Assembly: GCA_028819545.1 (NCBI GenBank)
Contig: JAPPLG010000028.1
Span: 5,646-69,645, forward strand
Direction: 5' to 3'
DNA from: Bdellovibrionales bacterium
GTDB lineage: Bacteria; Bdellovibrionota; Bdellovibrionia; Bdellovibrionales; UBA1609
Length of the DNA stretch: 64,000 nt
Positions 9,901 through 18,266 of the stretch are shown here, piece after piece. The notes under the pieces were generated by a model, which was not told where the DNA came from, did not search any database, and saw only the letters and a program-made list of their open reading frames with translations. The position numbers and the translations under genes are program-made. The first letter of the stretch is position 1, and each line of letters opens with the position of its first letter.

Positions 9901-12056
9901 AGGAAAAACGTCTGGAAATTGAAGAGTCTACTGTTTCTTGGTATCTTTTTGAGTATGGAAGCGAGGAGGATGTTCAATTAGAATCGATACAAGACTTTCG
10001 TGATAGGAATGCAGACGCCATAGAAAACTTAGTAAGAGAAAGAATATATATCACTCTTTTTTTGATTGATCAGGGAGTGGATGAAAGTCAAATTACAGAT
10101 GAGATGTTATTGGAAGTGAGTCAAAACAAATCTGATGAATTAGAGCAGTTTAAACAAAGAAAAGATCAGGAAATGCAACACCAATATTATAGCGAGCGGG
10201 TTCAAAGTAAAGTCATGGAAGTTGTAGTTAGAGAAAATTATTTGAATTTACCTTATAACTTGTTTAAATGGGCAGTGAATGAACTGGATCAATATATTGC
10301 TGAAAAAGGAAATAGCAGTGAGTTTCTCTTAAATAAAGAAATATTGTCGGACATTTATGACAGTAATTATCTGAATTTCAAACAAAGTGCTAACCTGTCA
10401 GAAGAAGAAACAGTAGGCTCTCTCAGAGCTTTATTTAATGCTGTAGATTTTAGTGTGCCTGTTTATAATTATTATGACAGACGTCAAATAGAAGAGTGTG
10501 AAAGAAATTTGAATTGTAATGAAGCTGTTTTACGAGCTAGAGCTGTATCGGCGGGTGTTGATCTTTTAAATCTAGTGTCTGGATTTTATAGAGCAGGTGG
10601 AGGCGAGTGGGGAGCGTCCGATCATTGGGAATTTATAGCAGATATTCGTAACTCCTTTAAAGACTTTCTTAATGGAAAAGATCCTCGTACGTACTCCACA
10701 CCTTTTGCCTTTAACTCTAATGATCAAATAATGGAATCCGGGATAGAATATCAAAGAGAAGGAAAGGGTTGGTTTGCCCCCTTAATGGATGGTTTGCCGG
10801 CTCATCCTATGAAGCATGTTGTGTATCAAATGGTGTGTGGAGCTGAATTGAATTCCTATTTCCCTCCAATAGATCAAACATGTACAGACCAGGATGACTT
10901 GAATCAATTAGCAGAAGAATTGCCTTCTATTGATAAAGTATTTAATAAGACCTCTTATATATTGAATATACCAAAAATTATTAGAGGGGAGGCGCCGGCC
11001 GGTATTTGTGATAAAAGCCCTTCTAAAGCTTTTGATACTCCCATTATTATTGGAAATAAAAGATATCAAAATTTGTTGGAGTATGTGTTGGATTTTCAAA
11101 ATATTAGATCCGATATTGATCAACTCTGGGAAGAAAAAGTGGAAAGTCAGTATTCTTTATTAATGGCATGCTTTGAAGATCTTTACGGCAAAATTTACAA
11201 CAATCATTTCTTGAAGCCTATACATTCAAAAGAAGTTTATACTGTAAATACTGCTATGGATAATACTGCGGCTTACTCTTCTTCTTTTGGTGGGGCGCCT
11301 GTTTACCCTGTTGTTTCTCAATCTGTTCCTATCAGTGCTGAAGTTCCAAAAGGAGTTCTGGAGTCTTTAATGAATCAAACAGAATTTTTATTTGATCTAT
11401 TAAAAAGAGTGTACACCTATAATGGTGAGATCTTACCGGAAAGAGTAAAAACTATAGAAAGTGCATGGAATAATCTGGATGGAGCACGAACCGTATTGCC
11501 TCATATATGTAAAGAACAAACAGACTTTACTTCATTACAGGAAAAAGCTTATATGAGTATAGAGTGTTCTGAGAAATTAACTTTAGATTTATTTGAATCT
11601 ATTGCAGAGCAAATTAAAGTTGAACAGTGTGGAAGTTTATTGCAATTTGAAGTTATCGAGATTATGGGAGACAGGTTTACATATATTCAAGAGCATATGA
11701 GATTTCTTATGATATCAGATTTAGATCCAATGCTTCCTCCTGACTACCCTGATGATAAGGTGTTTGCCAGAGCAGATTGTTTTGTCAATTCAACAAATAA
11801 ATGGTGTGATATGTATTCACTAAGACCTCGTGATACAGCGACACTTTTAATTGCTAAACATCATTTAGGTCAAGTCTTTAGAGATTTAATGGATTTGTAT
11901 ACGAAAGTCACTTTTTTCTCAGGGAATTCAACTCCGGAGGAATGTGATAGTATGCAGAACGAGGCGGAAAGGGTTCCCCTTATTCAAGAGGTTATAGATG
12001 AGTATCCAAAGTTATCCTTAGATGAGATATATTCTAGGGCTGTTTTTAATCAATAA
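6963..12056 (+). CDS. giant (1697 aa) signal-peptide/polytopic protein with an N-terminal J domain and a second degenerate J-like domain
   Basis: Signal-like N-terminus ([26 protein letters not shown]). Canonical J domain [34 protein letters not shown]...RRAYD. Second J-like segment [20 protein letters not shown]...LREQWDRDG has no HPD. About 7 hydrophobic helices lie between roughly residues 430 and 800. The ~900-aa C-terminal part has no motif I recognise. Confidence 0.85.
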   Translation: [1697 protein letters not shown]

Positions 12057-12074
12057 AAAATATATTATTAAAAA

Positions 12075-13313
12075 TTACTTTGTCTTATGTTGAAACTCTT
12101 CTTTGGAAGCTATAGCTCCCTGAGAATAGGCAATTTCTAAAGGGATATCCTGCATATTATAAGTTTGAGACATGACTGCTCCATAAGCTCCAGCATCACA
12201 AATACAAAGCCAGTCTCCGCTGGACAAGGCAGGCAGAAGACGGTCTCTGGCTAAAATATCTGCAGACTCACAAATAGGGCCGGCTATTGTATAATTTTTC
12301 TCTTCCTGATTGGATTGTTTGACAGGCAGAATGCGGTGATAAGCTTGGTATAAAACAGGCCGCATCAGATGGTGCATCCCTGTATTTAAAATAGCAAAAT
12401 TTCTTAAAGATGTTTTTTTAATATATTGAATTTCACCAAAGAGCCATCCATAGCGTGCTGTTAGGATGCGTCCGGGTTCGCATAAAAGACGCCCCTCAAA
12501 ATTTTTGAATACTTTTTGTAAGCTGGATCCATAAAATTCAATTCTTCTTATATCGTCTTCCATATCGTTTGTTCTGTAATCAATACCCACTCCTCCTCCA
12601 ATATCCAATGTTGTTAGAGAGTGCCCCTCTCGGTTAAGTCTTTCATAAATATTTTTTACTTTTTCAGAAGCCTGAATAAGTGGATCTACAGAAAGCCCTT
12701 GAGATCCAATGTGCATGGCTAAGCCTTGAAATTGAACAAACGAGGAATACTTTCTTACAATTTCGATAAATTGAGGGAGGGCATTTTCATCTATTCCAAA
12801 CTTATGATCTTTTGTTCCTGTTTGAATAAAAGCATGAGTGTCTAGTGTGACGTTAGGATTTACACGACAAGCAACTTGTGCTTTAAGTTTTAGTGATGAG
12901 CAAAGGCTTCCAATACGCTCCAATTCCTCCAAACTTTCTACGTTGATTTGAAAAATTTGAGATCTTAAGGCTTTTTCCAATTCCTGCTTGGTTTTAGCCA
13001 CTCCTGAAAAGACAATTTTTTTAGGGGAGCATTTTAAATTTAAACTATGTTCAAGCTCTCCTTTGGAAACAATATCCAGGCCGGCCCCTTCTTTTAAAAA
13101 GGATTGAACTAAAGCTTTATTGTTATTGGATTTTAAGGAGAAATAAATTTCTATCGGATCAACTAATTTTTGAAATAATTTCAATCTTTCAAGAGAACCG
13201 TCTATATCGTAAAGATAAAAGGCCTGATCCATATTTTTAGCCAATTCAACAAGATCTATTTTATGGGTGCCTTGAATAAGAGTGAGGTGATTTTGAGTAT
13301 AAGTTAAAGGCAT
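12075..13313 (-). CDS. lysA: diaminopimelate decarboxylase
   Basis: PLP-dependent fold-III decarboxylase motifs: YFSLKSNNN (PLP lysine), GGGVGIDY, CESADIL. Lies immediately downstream of lysC. Confidence 0.9.
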   Translation of the reverse strand: MPLTYTQNHLTLIQGTHKIDLVELAKNMDQAFYLYDIDGSLERLKLFQKLVDPIEIYFSLKSNNNKALVQSFLKEGAGLDIVSKGELEHSLNLKCSPKKIVFSGVAKTKQELEKALRSQIFQINVESLEELERIGSLCSSLKLKAQVACRVNPNVTLDTHAFIQTGTKDHKFGIDENALPQFIEIVRKYSSFVQFQGLAMHIGSQGLSVDPLIQASEKVKNIYERLNREGHSLTTLDIGGGVGIDYRTNDMEDDIRRIEFYGSSLQKVFKNFEGRLLCEPGRILTARYGWLFGEIQYIKKTSLRNFAILNTGMHHLMRPVLYQAYHRILPVKQSNQEEKNYTIAGPICESADILARDRLLPALSSGDWLCICDAGAYGAVMSQTYNMQDIPLEIAYSQGAIASKEEFQHKTK

Positions 13314-13316
13314 ATT

Positions 13317-14516
13317 TCATTCCAAATTAAATGTTTTATGAAGCCCCTTCATTAGAGGAAGAGAGTTGTTTTTATCTACAATAGCACTGATTTTAATATC
13401 AGATGTTGTGATTAAGTGAAGATGAGCAGAGCTGTTTTTTATTGTTTCAAAAAATTGAGCGGCTACTCCTGATTGATTCGCCATACCCACACCTACAATA
13501 GAAACTTTGGCAACATCTTTTATAACTGTTATTTTATCTTGTCCCAATAGAGGTGAAAGAATTTCCAAAGCGGATGACAACTGCTCCTCTTTTATAGAGA
13601 AGGCCAGCCTTTGCCCTTCAGAATTATAACTTTGAGAGATGACATCTACAATAATGGATTTTTCAGATAATTTATTAAAAACATTTGAGATAAACTCCAC
13701 TCCTGCAGGAATGGGAAAAAGTTTAATAATACAGGTGTTCATATCACTGATAACAGAAGAGACTATTGGACTTTCCATGATTTCCTCCTTTGGCAGAACC
13801 CAGGTTCCTGATGTTTTTTCGAAAGTAGATCGCAGGTGAACTTTTATATTAAATTTTGCCGCTAATTCCACACATCTAAAGTGCAATACCTTTGTTCCCA
13901 GTATAGCCATTTCCATCATTTCTTCAAAGCTCAGTTGGGTTATTTTTCTAGCAGTTTTTACAAGGCGGGGATCTGCTGTGTAAATATTAGGAACATCTGT
14001 ATAAATTTCACAAGTGGATTGCTTCAAAGCGGCGGATAGAGCTACGGCTGTAATGTCACTTCCACCGCGGCCTAATGTTGTAATTTGATTGTCTTTATTA
14101 ATTCCCTGGAACCCGGCAATCAGAGGAATTTTGTTTTGTTTGATTAGTTTTAAAATCAAGTCTGTATTGATATTTTGGATTCGGGCTGAAGAAAAAAGAG
14201 AATCTGTTTGAATTCCCACCTGATAGGCAAGTAAAGGGACAGCTGATAAACCTTTTTTGTTTAGGGCAATGGATAGAAGGCTGATACTGACCTGTTCCCC
14301 TGAGGCTAAGAGCATATCATAAGCCATTCCTTTGTAGGCAGGGTTTATCTCTTGAGCCATTTGGACTAGGCGATTTGTTTCTCCGGACATAGCAGAGAGA
14401 ACAATGACCATTTTTTCTCCGGACTGATGACATTCATAAATTCTGTCTGCAACAGCCATAATCCGATCTATGGAGCCTACAGAAGTGCCGCCAAATTTTT
14501 TGATAAATAAGTTCAA
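13317..14516 (-). CDS. lysC: aspartate kinase
   Basis: KFGGTSVGS, VVLSAMSGETNRL, GRGGSDITA, plus C-terminal ACT-like repeats. Confidence 0.9.
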   Translation of the reverse strand: MNLFIKKFGGTSVGSIDRIMAVADRIYECHQSGEKMVIVLSAMSGETNRLVQMAQEINPAYKGMAYDMLLASGEQVSISLLSIALNKKGLSAVPLLAYQVGIQTDSLFSSARIQNINTDLILKLIKQNKIPLIAGFQGINKDNQITTLGRGGSDITAVALSAALKQSTCEIYTDVPNIYTADPRLVKTARKITQLSFEEMMEMAILGTKVLHFRCVELAAKFNIKVHLRSTFEKTSGTWVLPKEEIMESPIVSSVISDMNTCIIKLFPIPAGVEFISNVFNKLSEKSIIVDVISQSYNSEGQRLAFSIKEEQLSSALEILSPLLGQDKITVIKDVAKVSIVGVGMANQSGVAAQFFETIKNSSAHLHLITTSDIKISAIVDKNNSLPLMKGLHKTFNLE

Positions 14517-14759
14517 TATGCCGTGCTTTGAAAAGGTTATTTAAATAATATCTTCCACTTTCCATAACCTTGTTTGTCCGGTTCATCAACTGGAATAAAC
14601 TTTAAAGAGGTTGAATTGGTGCAATAACGTAAACTGCCGCGGGCTTGGGGCTGTTATTGAAGACATGACTGAGGTGGAAATTGTCGTATTTCAATTGTAA
14701 TTCTATTACTTTGTACAGGTGAGGGCCTGTGACACACAACAACCAAAGGCTGTGATAAT

Positions 14760-14774
14760 ATGTAAAAATTACAT
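14760..14774. promoter_or_regulatory. perfect 15-bp palindrome ATGTAA-AAA-TTACAT (candidate operator)
   Basis: Read directly. It lies 57 nt upstream of the 14831 start. A TGCTAGAAT extended -10-like element follows at 14800-14808. Confidence 0.35.
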
Positions 14775-14830
14775 TCCATATGGATAGTTTTTTTTAATGT
14801 GCTAGAATACATAACAATATTATAACAGAA

Positions 14831-15694
14831 GTGATTTATATGTTTATAAAGTTATTTGTTATTGGTTTGATGTTACTTCCTGTCTCTGCTTTGGCTGATG
14901 AAGAAGAGCTTGTTATTGTTCCTGTGGAATACCAGGAAATACCAGATGCTGTTAAAAGTGTAATGGGTGCTATAGGGGAGCTCGATGCACTTGATGCAGG
15001 TGTAGGGTTCTTCATGGATAAAGATATCTTTATTGCTCCTATTGAAGAAACGATACCTCCTTCTGTTTCTTATGATGTCACTCAACTTCAGGAAGCTGTT
15101 GCAAAAGAAGCGAAACTCCACGGTTATCCTGTTATAGAAGATGAGGTTATCCCTGTGACTTCTGGAAAAGTGAAGATTGTGCAAGATCGATATGGCTGGG
15201 GTGTTTTTACAGTCAATACAAAAAATGAAGATGAGTTATTGAATCGTGAACCAACACAATTTTTAAAATTTTCTAAATTTCACCCGGGAGATACAGTTTT
15301 TATTTTGACCAACGCCCATTATAGCGACAGGGATTCTTCAGCGGGAAGGGTTTATGAAAAACGTTTGATTATGAAAGTTTCTAGCTCTGATGTTCAGAAT
15401 ATAGAGTCAGAGATAAATTTCAAAGAAAGTCAGTTGCTTGATGCAATTAGAATAACATTTAGTGGGGTTGCAGTTAATCAAAAAGGAGAAGTGATCGGGT
15501 TTCTGAACTTGAAATTGGGAAGAAGAAAGAGATTGGTTGCACTTCATTCTGGTGTCATTGATTTCTTTTCTGAAGTGAGGCAAGAAACTCTGAATACTAA
15601 GGGAGGAAGCGAAGCTCTTCCAATACAAGGAAGTGTCAGAATTGCTGAGCAAGAACAGAACAGGTGCGACACTTTATTTACAAGAGAGAATTAA
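14831..15694 (+). CDS. secreted protein with a probable trypsin-like (chymotrypsin-fold) peptidase domain
   Basis: Signal peptide (FIKLFVIGLMLLPVSALA). LTNAHY (His motif, as in ILTNxHV of S1 peptidases), and FSGVAVNQKGEVIGF resembling GNSGxPV...G.vIG. The triad assignment is tentative. Start is GTG 14831 or ATG 14840. Confidence 0.55.
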   Translation: MIYMFIKLFVIGLMLLPVSALADEEELVIVPVEYQEIPDAVKSVMGAIGELDALDAGVGFFMDKDIFIAPIEETIPPSVSYDVTQLQEAVAKEAKLHGYPVIEDEVIPVTSGKVKIVQDRYGWGVFTVNTKNEDELLNREPTQFLKFSKFHPGDTVFILTNAHYSDRDSSAGRVYEKRLIMKVSSSDVQNIESEINFKESQLLDAIRITFSGVAVNQKGEVIGFLNLKLGRRKRLVALHSGVIDFFSEVRQETLNTKGGSEALPIQGSVRIAEQEQNRCDTLFTREN

Positions 15695-15703
15695 AGAATA
15701 GAT

Positions 15704-16387
15704 TTAATCGGATTTTTGAGTAGGAGAGGTGCATATGGCGGGAGCATTCTCTTTTTCTGTAGAGGAAGTTTTTGAACATTGAGCAGTGTTGCCCCAGGTT
15801 TTTTTGATAAAATCATCTCTTCCGCTTAATTTTCTGTAGAAGCCATATTTTATAGAATTTTTCTTATAGAAGTTTTGATGATATTCTTCTGCAGGGTAAA
15901 AATTTATAAAAGATGTAATTTCTGTAACAATTGGTGCTTTAAAAATTTTACTTTCTTCCAATTGCTTTTTAGAGGATTCAGCCTCTTTTTTTTGTTTTTC
16001 GTTATGGTAAAAAATAACAGTCCGGTATTGAGAGCCGTGATCATTAAATTGTCCATTTTTTTGAGTGGGATTAATATTTCTCCAATAAATGTTTAAAAGT
16101 TCGCTATAAGGAATTTTTGCAGGATCATAAGTCACCTGGATGCTTTCTGCATGACCGGTTTGACCGCTTTTTACTTGTTCATACGTAGGATTTGCAACAG
16201 TTCCTCCTGCATATCCTGAAATAACACTCTTCACTCCGGGAAGAGCTTCAAAAGGGTGCTCCATACACCAAAAACAGCCGCCGCCAAAAGTTGCTTTTTC
16301 CATCCTGGTTTCTTTATCATTTTTTCCATAGGCTGTGGAATATAAAAAAATTAAAATAAACAGATATTGTATTCTTAATAATTTCAT
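15704..16387 (-). CDS. msrA: peptide-methionine (S)-S-oxide reductase, exported form
   Basis: GGGCFWCMEH active-site motif and GYAGG, with an N-terminal signal peptide. Confidence 0.9.
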   Translation of the reverse strand: MKLLRIQYLFILIFLYSTAYGKNDKETRMEKATFGGGCFWCMEHPFEALPGVKSVISGYAGGTVANPTYEQVKSGQTGHAESIQVTYDPAKIPYSELLNIYWRNINPTQKNGQFNDHGSQYRTVIFYHNEKQKKEAESSKKQLEESKIFKAPIVTEITSFINFYPAEEYHQNFYKKNSIKYGFYRKLSGRDDFIKKTWGNTAQCSKTSSTEKENAPAICTSPTQKSD

Positions 16388-16588
16388 AATGGATTAATCC
16401 TATTTTACATCATGTACTGCCACTTACTGATATAGTTTCTTTCTATCATTTTATCCTGTGTGTTTTGCCTCACTATCCCCCCTTTTTGGTCCTTTTTAGA
16501 GAACTCACACGCTCTCTTACTTTGCCAATTCTGTCAGCGAATTAGTGAACATTTACAATAAACACATATCGTTCCCATTCGTACCTGT

Positions 16589-16749
16589 AAGCCTTCGCTC
16601 AGCAGTTTCGGCTGGCGCCTGCACTGCTTCGTCGTTATATTCCGGATTTGATCCCGAATCCAGTCGTGCTTGAAAGCCTTCGCTCAGCAGTTTCGGTTGG
16701 CACCTGCACTGCTTCGTCGTTATTCCGGACTTGATCCGGAATCCAGTCG
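16589..16749. repeat. two tandem ~85-bp mosaic repeat units (hairpin module B + palindrome module A)
   Basis: AAGCCTTCGCTCAGCAGTTTCGG(C/T)TGGC(G/A)CCTGCACTGCTTCGTCGTTA..TTCCGGA.TTGATCC.GAATCCAGTCG starts at 16589 and again at 16674. The units differ by a 2-nt indel and a few substitutions. Confidence 0.85.
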
Positions 16750-16820
16750 AAGAAACAAACACAATCTCCCATATACAACTGAACTTTACATACATGAATG
16801 ACAACAAAGCAGTGTAGAGT

Positions 16821-17687
16821 TTATCCTTGTATTCTTCGAGATGAAAAATAATGCCATAGATATTGTACTATAAAAACCAGAAAGATTCCCATAAATAAAA
16901 GAATAAAGTTTTCTATCCCTTTTTGTTGGAAGGCTTCTATAGATTTTAAAGGAAAAACCCCCATCCCTCCGCCTAAGGTTAATCCGGTAAGAGAGATCAT
17001 TGTATAATTTTTATATCGATTCAATAAATGCTGGATCAATTTTGAACATGAGAGAAGGCTAAAAACAGCAATACCAATAATAAGAAGAGATTTTGTAGAA
17101 AAACTTTTAAGTATTTCCAAAACTTCAGTGTAAGTTCCCATTAAGATTAAGATATAGGAGCCGGAGGTTCCGGGAAGAATCATGGCTAGAGCCGCCAGAT
17201 ATACAGAAAGAAAAATCCAAAAATAAGAAGAGAGGGAAACAGGATTAAAATAAGATAAAGAAAAACTGATTAAAGTGCATAAAAATAAAATCCATGCACT
17301 GCGAATGTTTATAGTTGTTTGTTTTAATAAGAAGGGAATGGAGGCTAAGATAACACCTGAAAAAAATGAGTAAGAAAAAAGAGGAAACATTGTGATGAGG
17401 GAATAAACCCATTGAATTGAAAGAATAAGCCCTAAAAGCACCCCTATAAAAACAGGAATCAACTGAAAAAACAGATCACTTGTTTTTGCCAATTGTCTTT
17501 TAAAGACTGTATCTTGAATGTTAGATAAAAAAGAAATGATGGGTGAGTAGAGGCCTGTGATCAAAGCCATAGTTCCGGCAGAAATTCCCGGAATAATTAA
17601 GGCCATGCCTAAAAGGGTTCCTTTAATTAAGGATAAAAGTTTATCTTTCATTTTGTTTTTTCCAAATTTGCTCAATGACTTCAGCAT
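16821..17687 (-). CDS. DUF368-family polytopic membrane protein (family implicated in undecaprenyl-phosphate recycling)
   Basis: Duplicated PG.S(A/G)G.. motifs (IIPGISAGTMALITG and ILPGTSGSYILILMG) in an 8-10-helix membrane protein. Family call is from memory of the DUF368 signature. Confidence 0.7.
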   Translation of the reverse strand: MLKSLSKFGKNKMKDKLLSLIKGTLLGMALIIPGISAGTMALITGLYSPIISFLSNIQDTVFKRQLAKTSDLFFQLIPVFIGVLLGLILSIQWVYSLITMFPLFSYSFFSGVILASIPFLLKQTTINIRSAWILFLCTLISFSLSYFNPVSLSSYFWIFLSVYLAALAMILPGTSGSYILILMGTYTEVLEILKSFSTKSLLIIGIAVFSLLSCSKLIQHLLNRYKNYTMISLTGLTLGGGMGVFPLKSIEAFQQKGIENFILLFMGIFLVFIVQYLWHYFSSRRIQG

Positions 17688-18222
17688 AAAATGCTTTTTC
17701 TATTTTTTTAACTCTTTCCTCTAGAATTTCAGGGGTGTCATTATCTAACACGTTTATTTTTTTTTGAGCAATAATCGTTCCTTTATCATACTCTTCATTC
17801 ACATAATGTATAGTGACACCTGTGGTTTTTCCTTGAGCCTGAAGCACAGCTTTATGAACATGTATGCCGTACATACCCTGGCCTCCAAACTTAGGCAGTA
17901 GGGCAGGGTGTGAGTTAATGACTTTATTTTTAAAAGAGGAAAGGACAAGAGGGCCGACACGGCATAAAAACCCCGCTAATATCACTAAATCTATAGATTT
18001 ATTTTCTAAACATTTCAACACAGCTTCATCCCAAAGCTCAGTTGATGGGTATTCGTGAGGGCAAATGGTGAATGAAGAAATATTTAAATTTTGAGCCTTT
18101 TTTAATACAGGGGCTTTTTTGGTATTTGTGATTAAACATACAGCTTGGAATTGAGCTTGTTCAGCCAGGTATTTAAAAGTTGTTCCCTCTCCGGAACATA
18201 AGAAGGCTAAACGCGGCTTCAT
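17641..18222 (-). CDS. purN: phosphoribosylglycinamide formyltransferase
   Basis: LAGFL, INSHPALLPKFGGQGMYGIHVH, and typical size (193 aa). Confidence 0.9.
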   Translation of the reverse strand: MKPRLAFLCSGEGTTFKYLAEQAQFQAVCLITNTKKAPVLKKAQNLNISSFTICPHEYPSTELWDEAVLKCLENKSIDLVILAGFLCRVGPLVLSSFKNKVINSHPALLPKFGGQGMYGIHVHKAVLQAQGKTTGVTIHYVNEEYDKGTIIAQKKINVLDNDTPEILEERVKKIEKAFYAEVIEQIWKKQNER

Positions 18223-18266
18223 AAATAATATATCCTGCTATTTTTTGGAAGCATCTTACTTTTTAG

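Noticed and set aside
14647-14690. GGGGCTG... resembling the 5' end of tmRNA
   Set aside because: The following sequence lacks the conserved GGATTCGAC element. No tRNA-Ala-like 3' end or tag reading frame is found downstream.
16698-16712. Sigma-54-like element TGGCAC-N5-CTGC
   Set aside because: It is the loop and 3' arm of repeat hairpin B. It points into the antisense of the downstream minus-strand gene. The sister unit reads TGGCGC. It is best explained as repeat sequence.
16589-16749. Possible CRISPR array
   Set aside because: There are only two directly abutting ~85-bp units with no unique spacers, and no cas genes. Elsewhere in the window I saw no regularly spaced short repeats.
16553-16807. 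84-aa ORF on the minus strand
   Set aside because: It lies entirely within the tandem 85-bp mosaic repeats. Its internal peptide repeat simply mirrors the DNA repeat.
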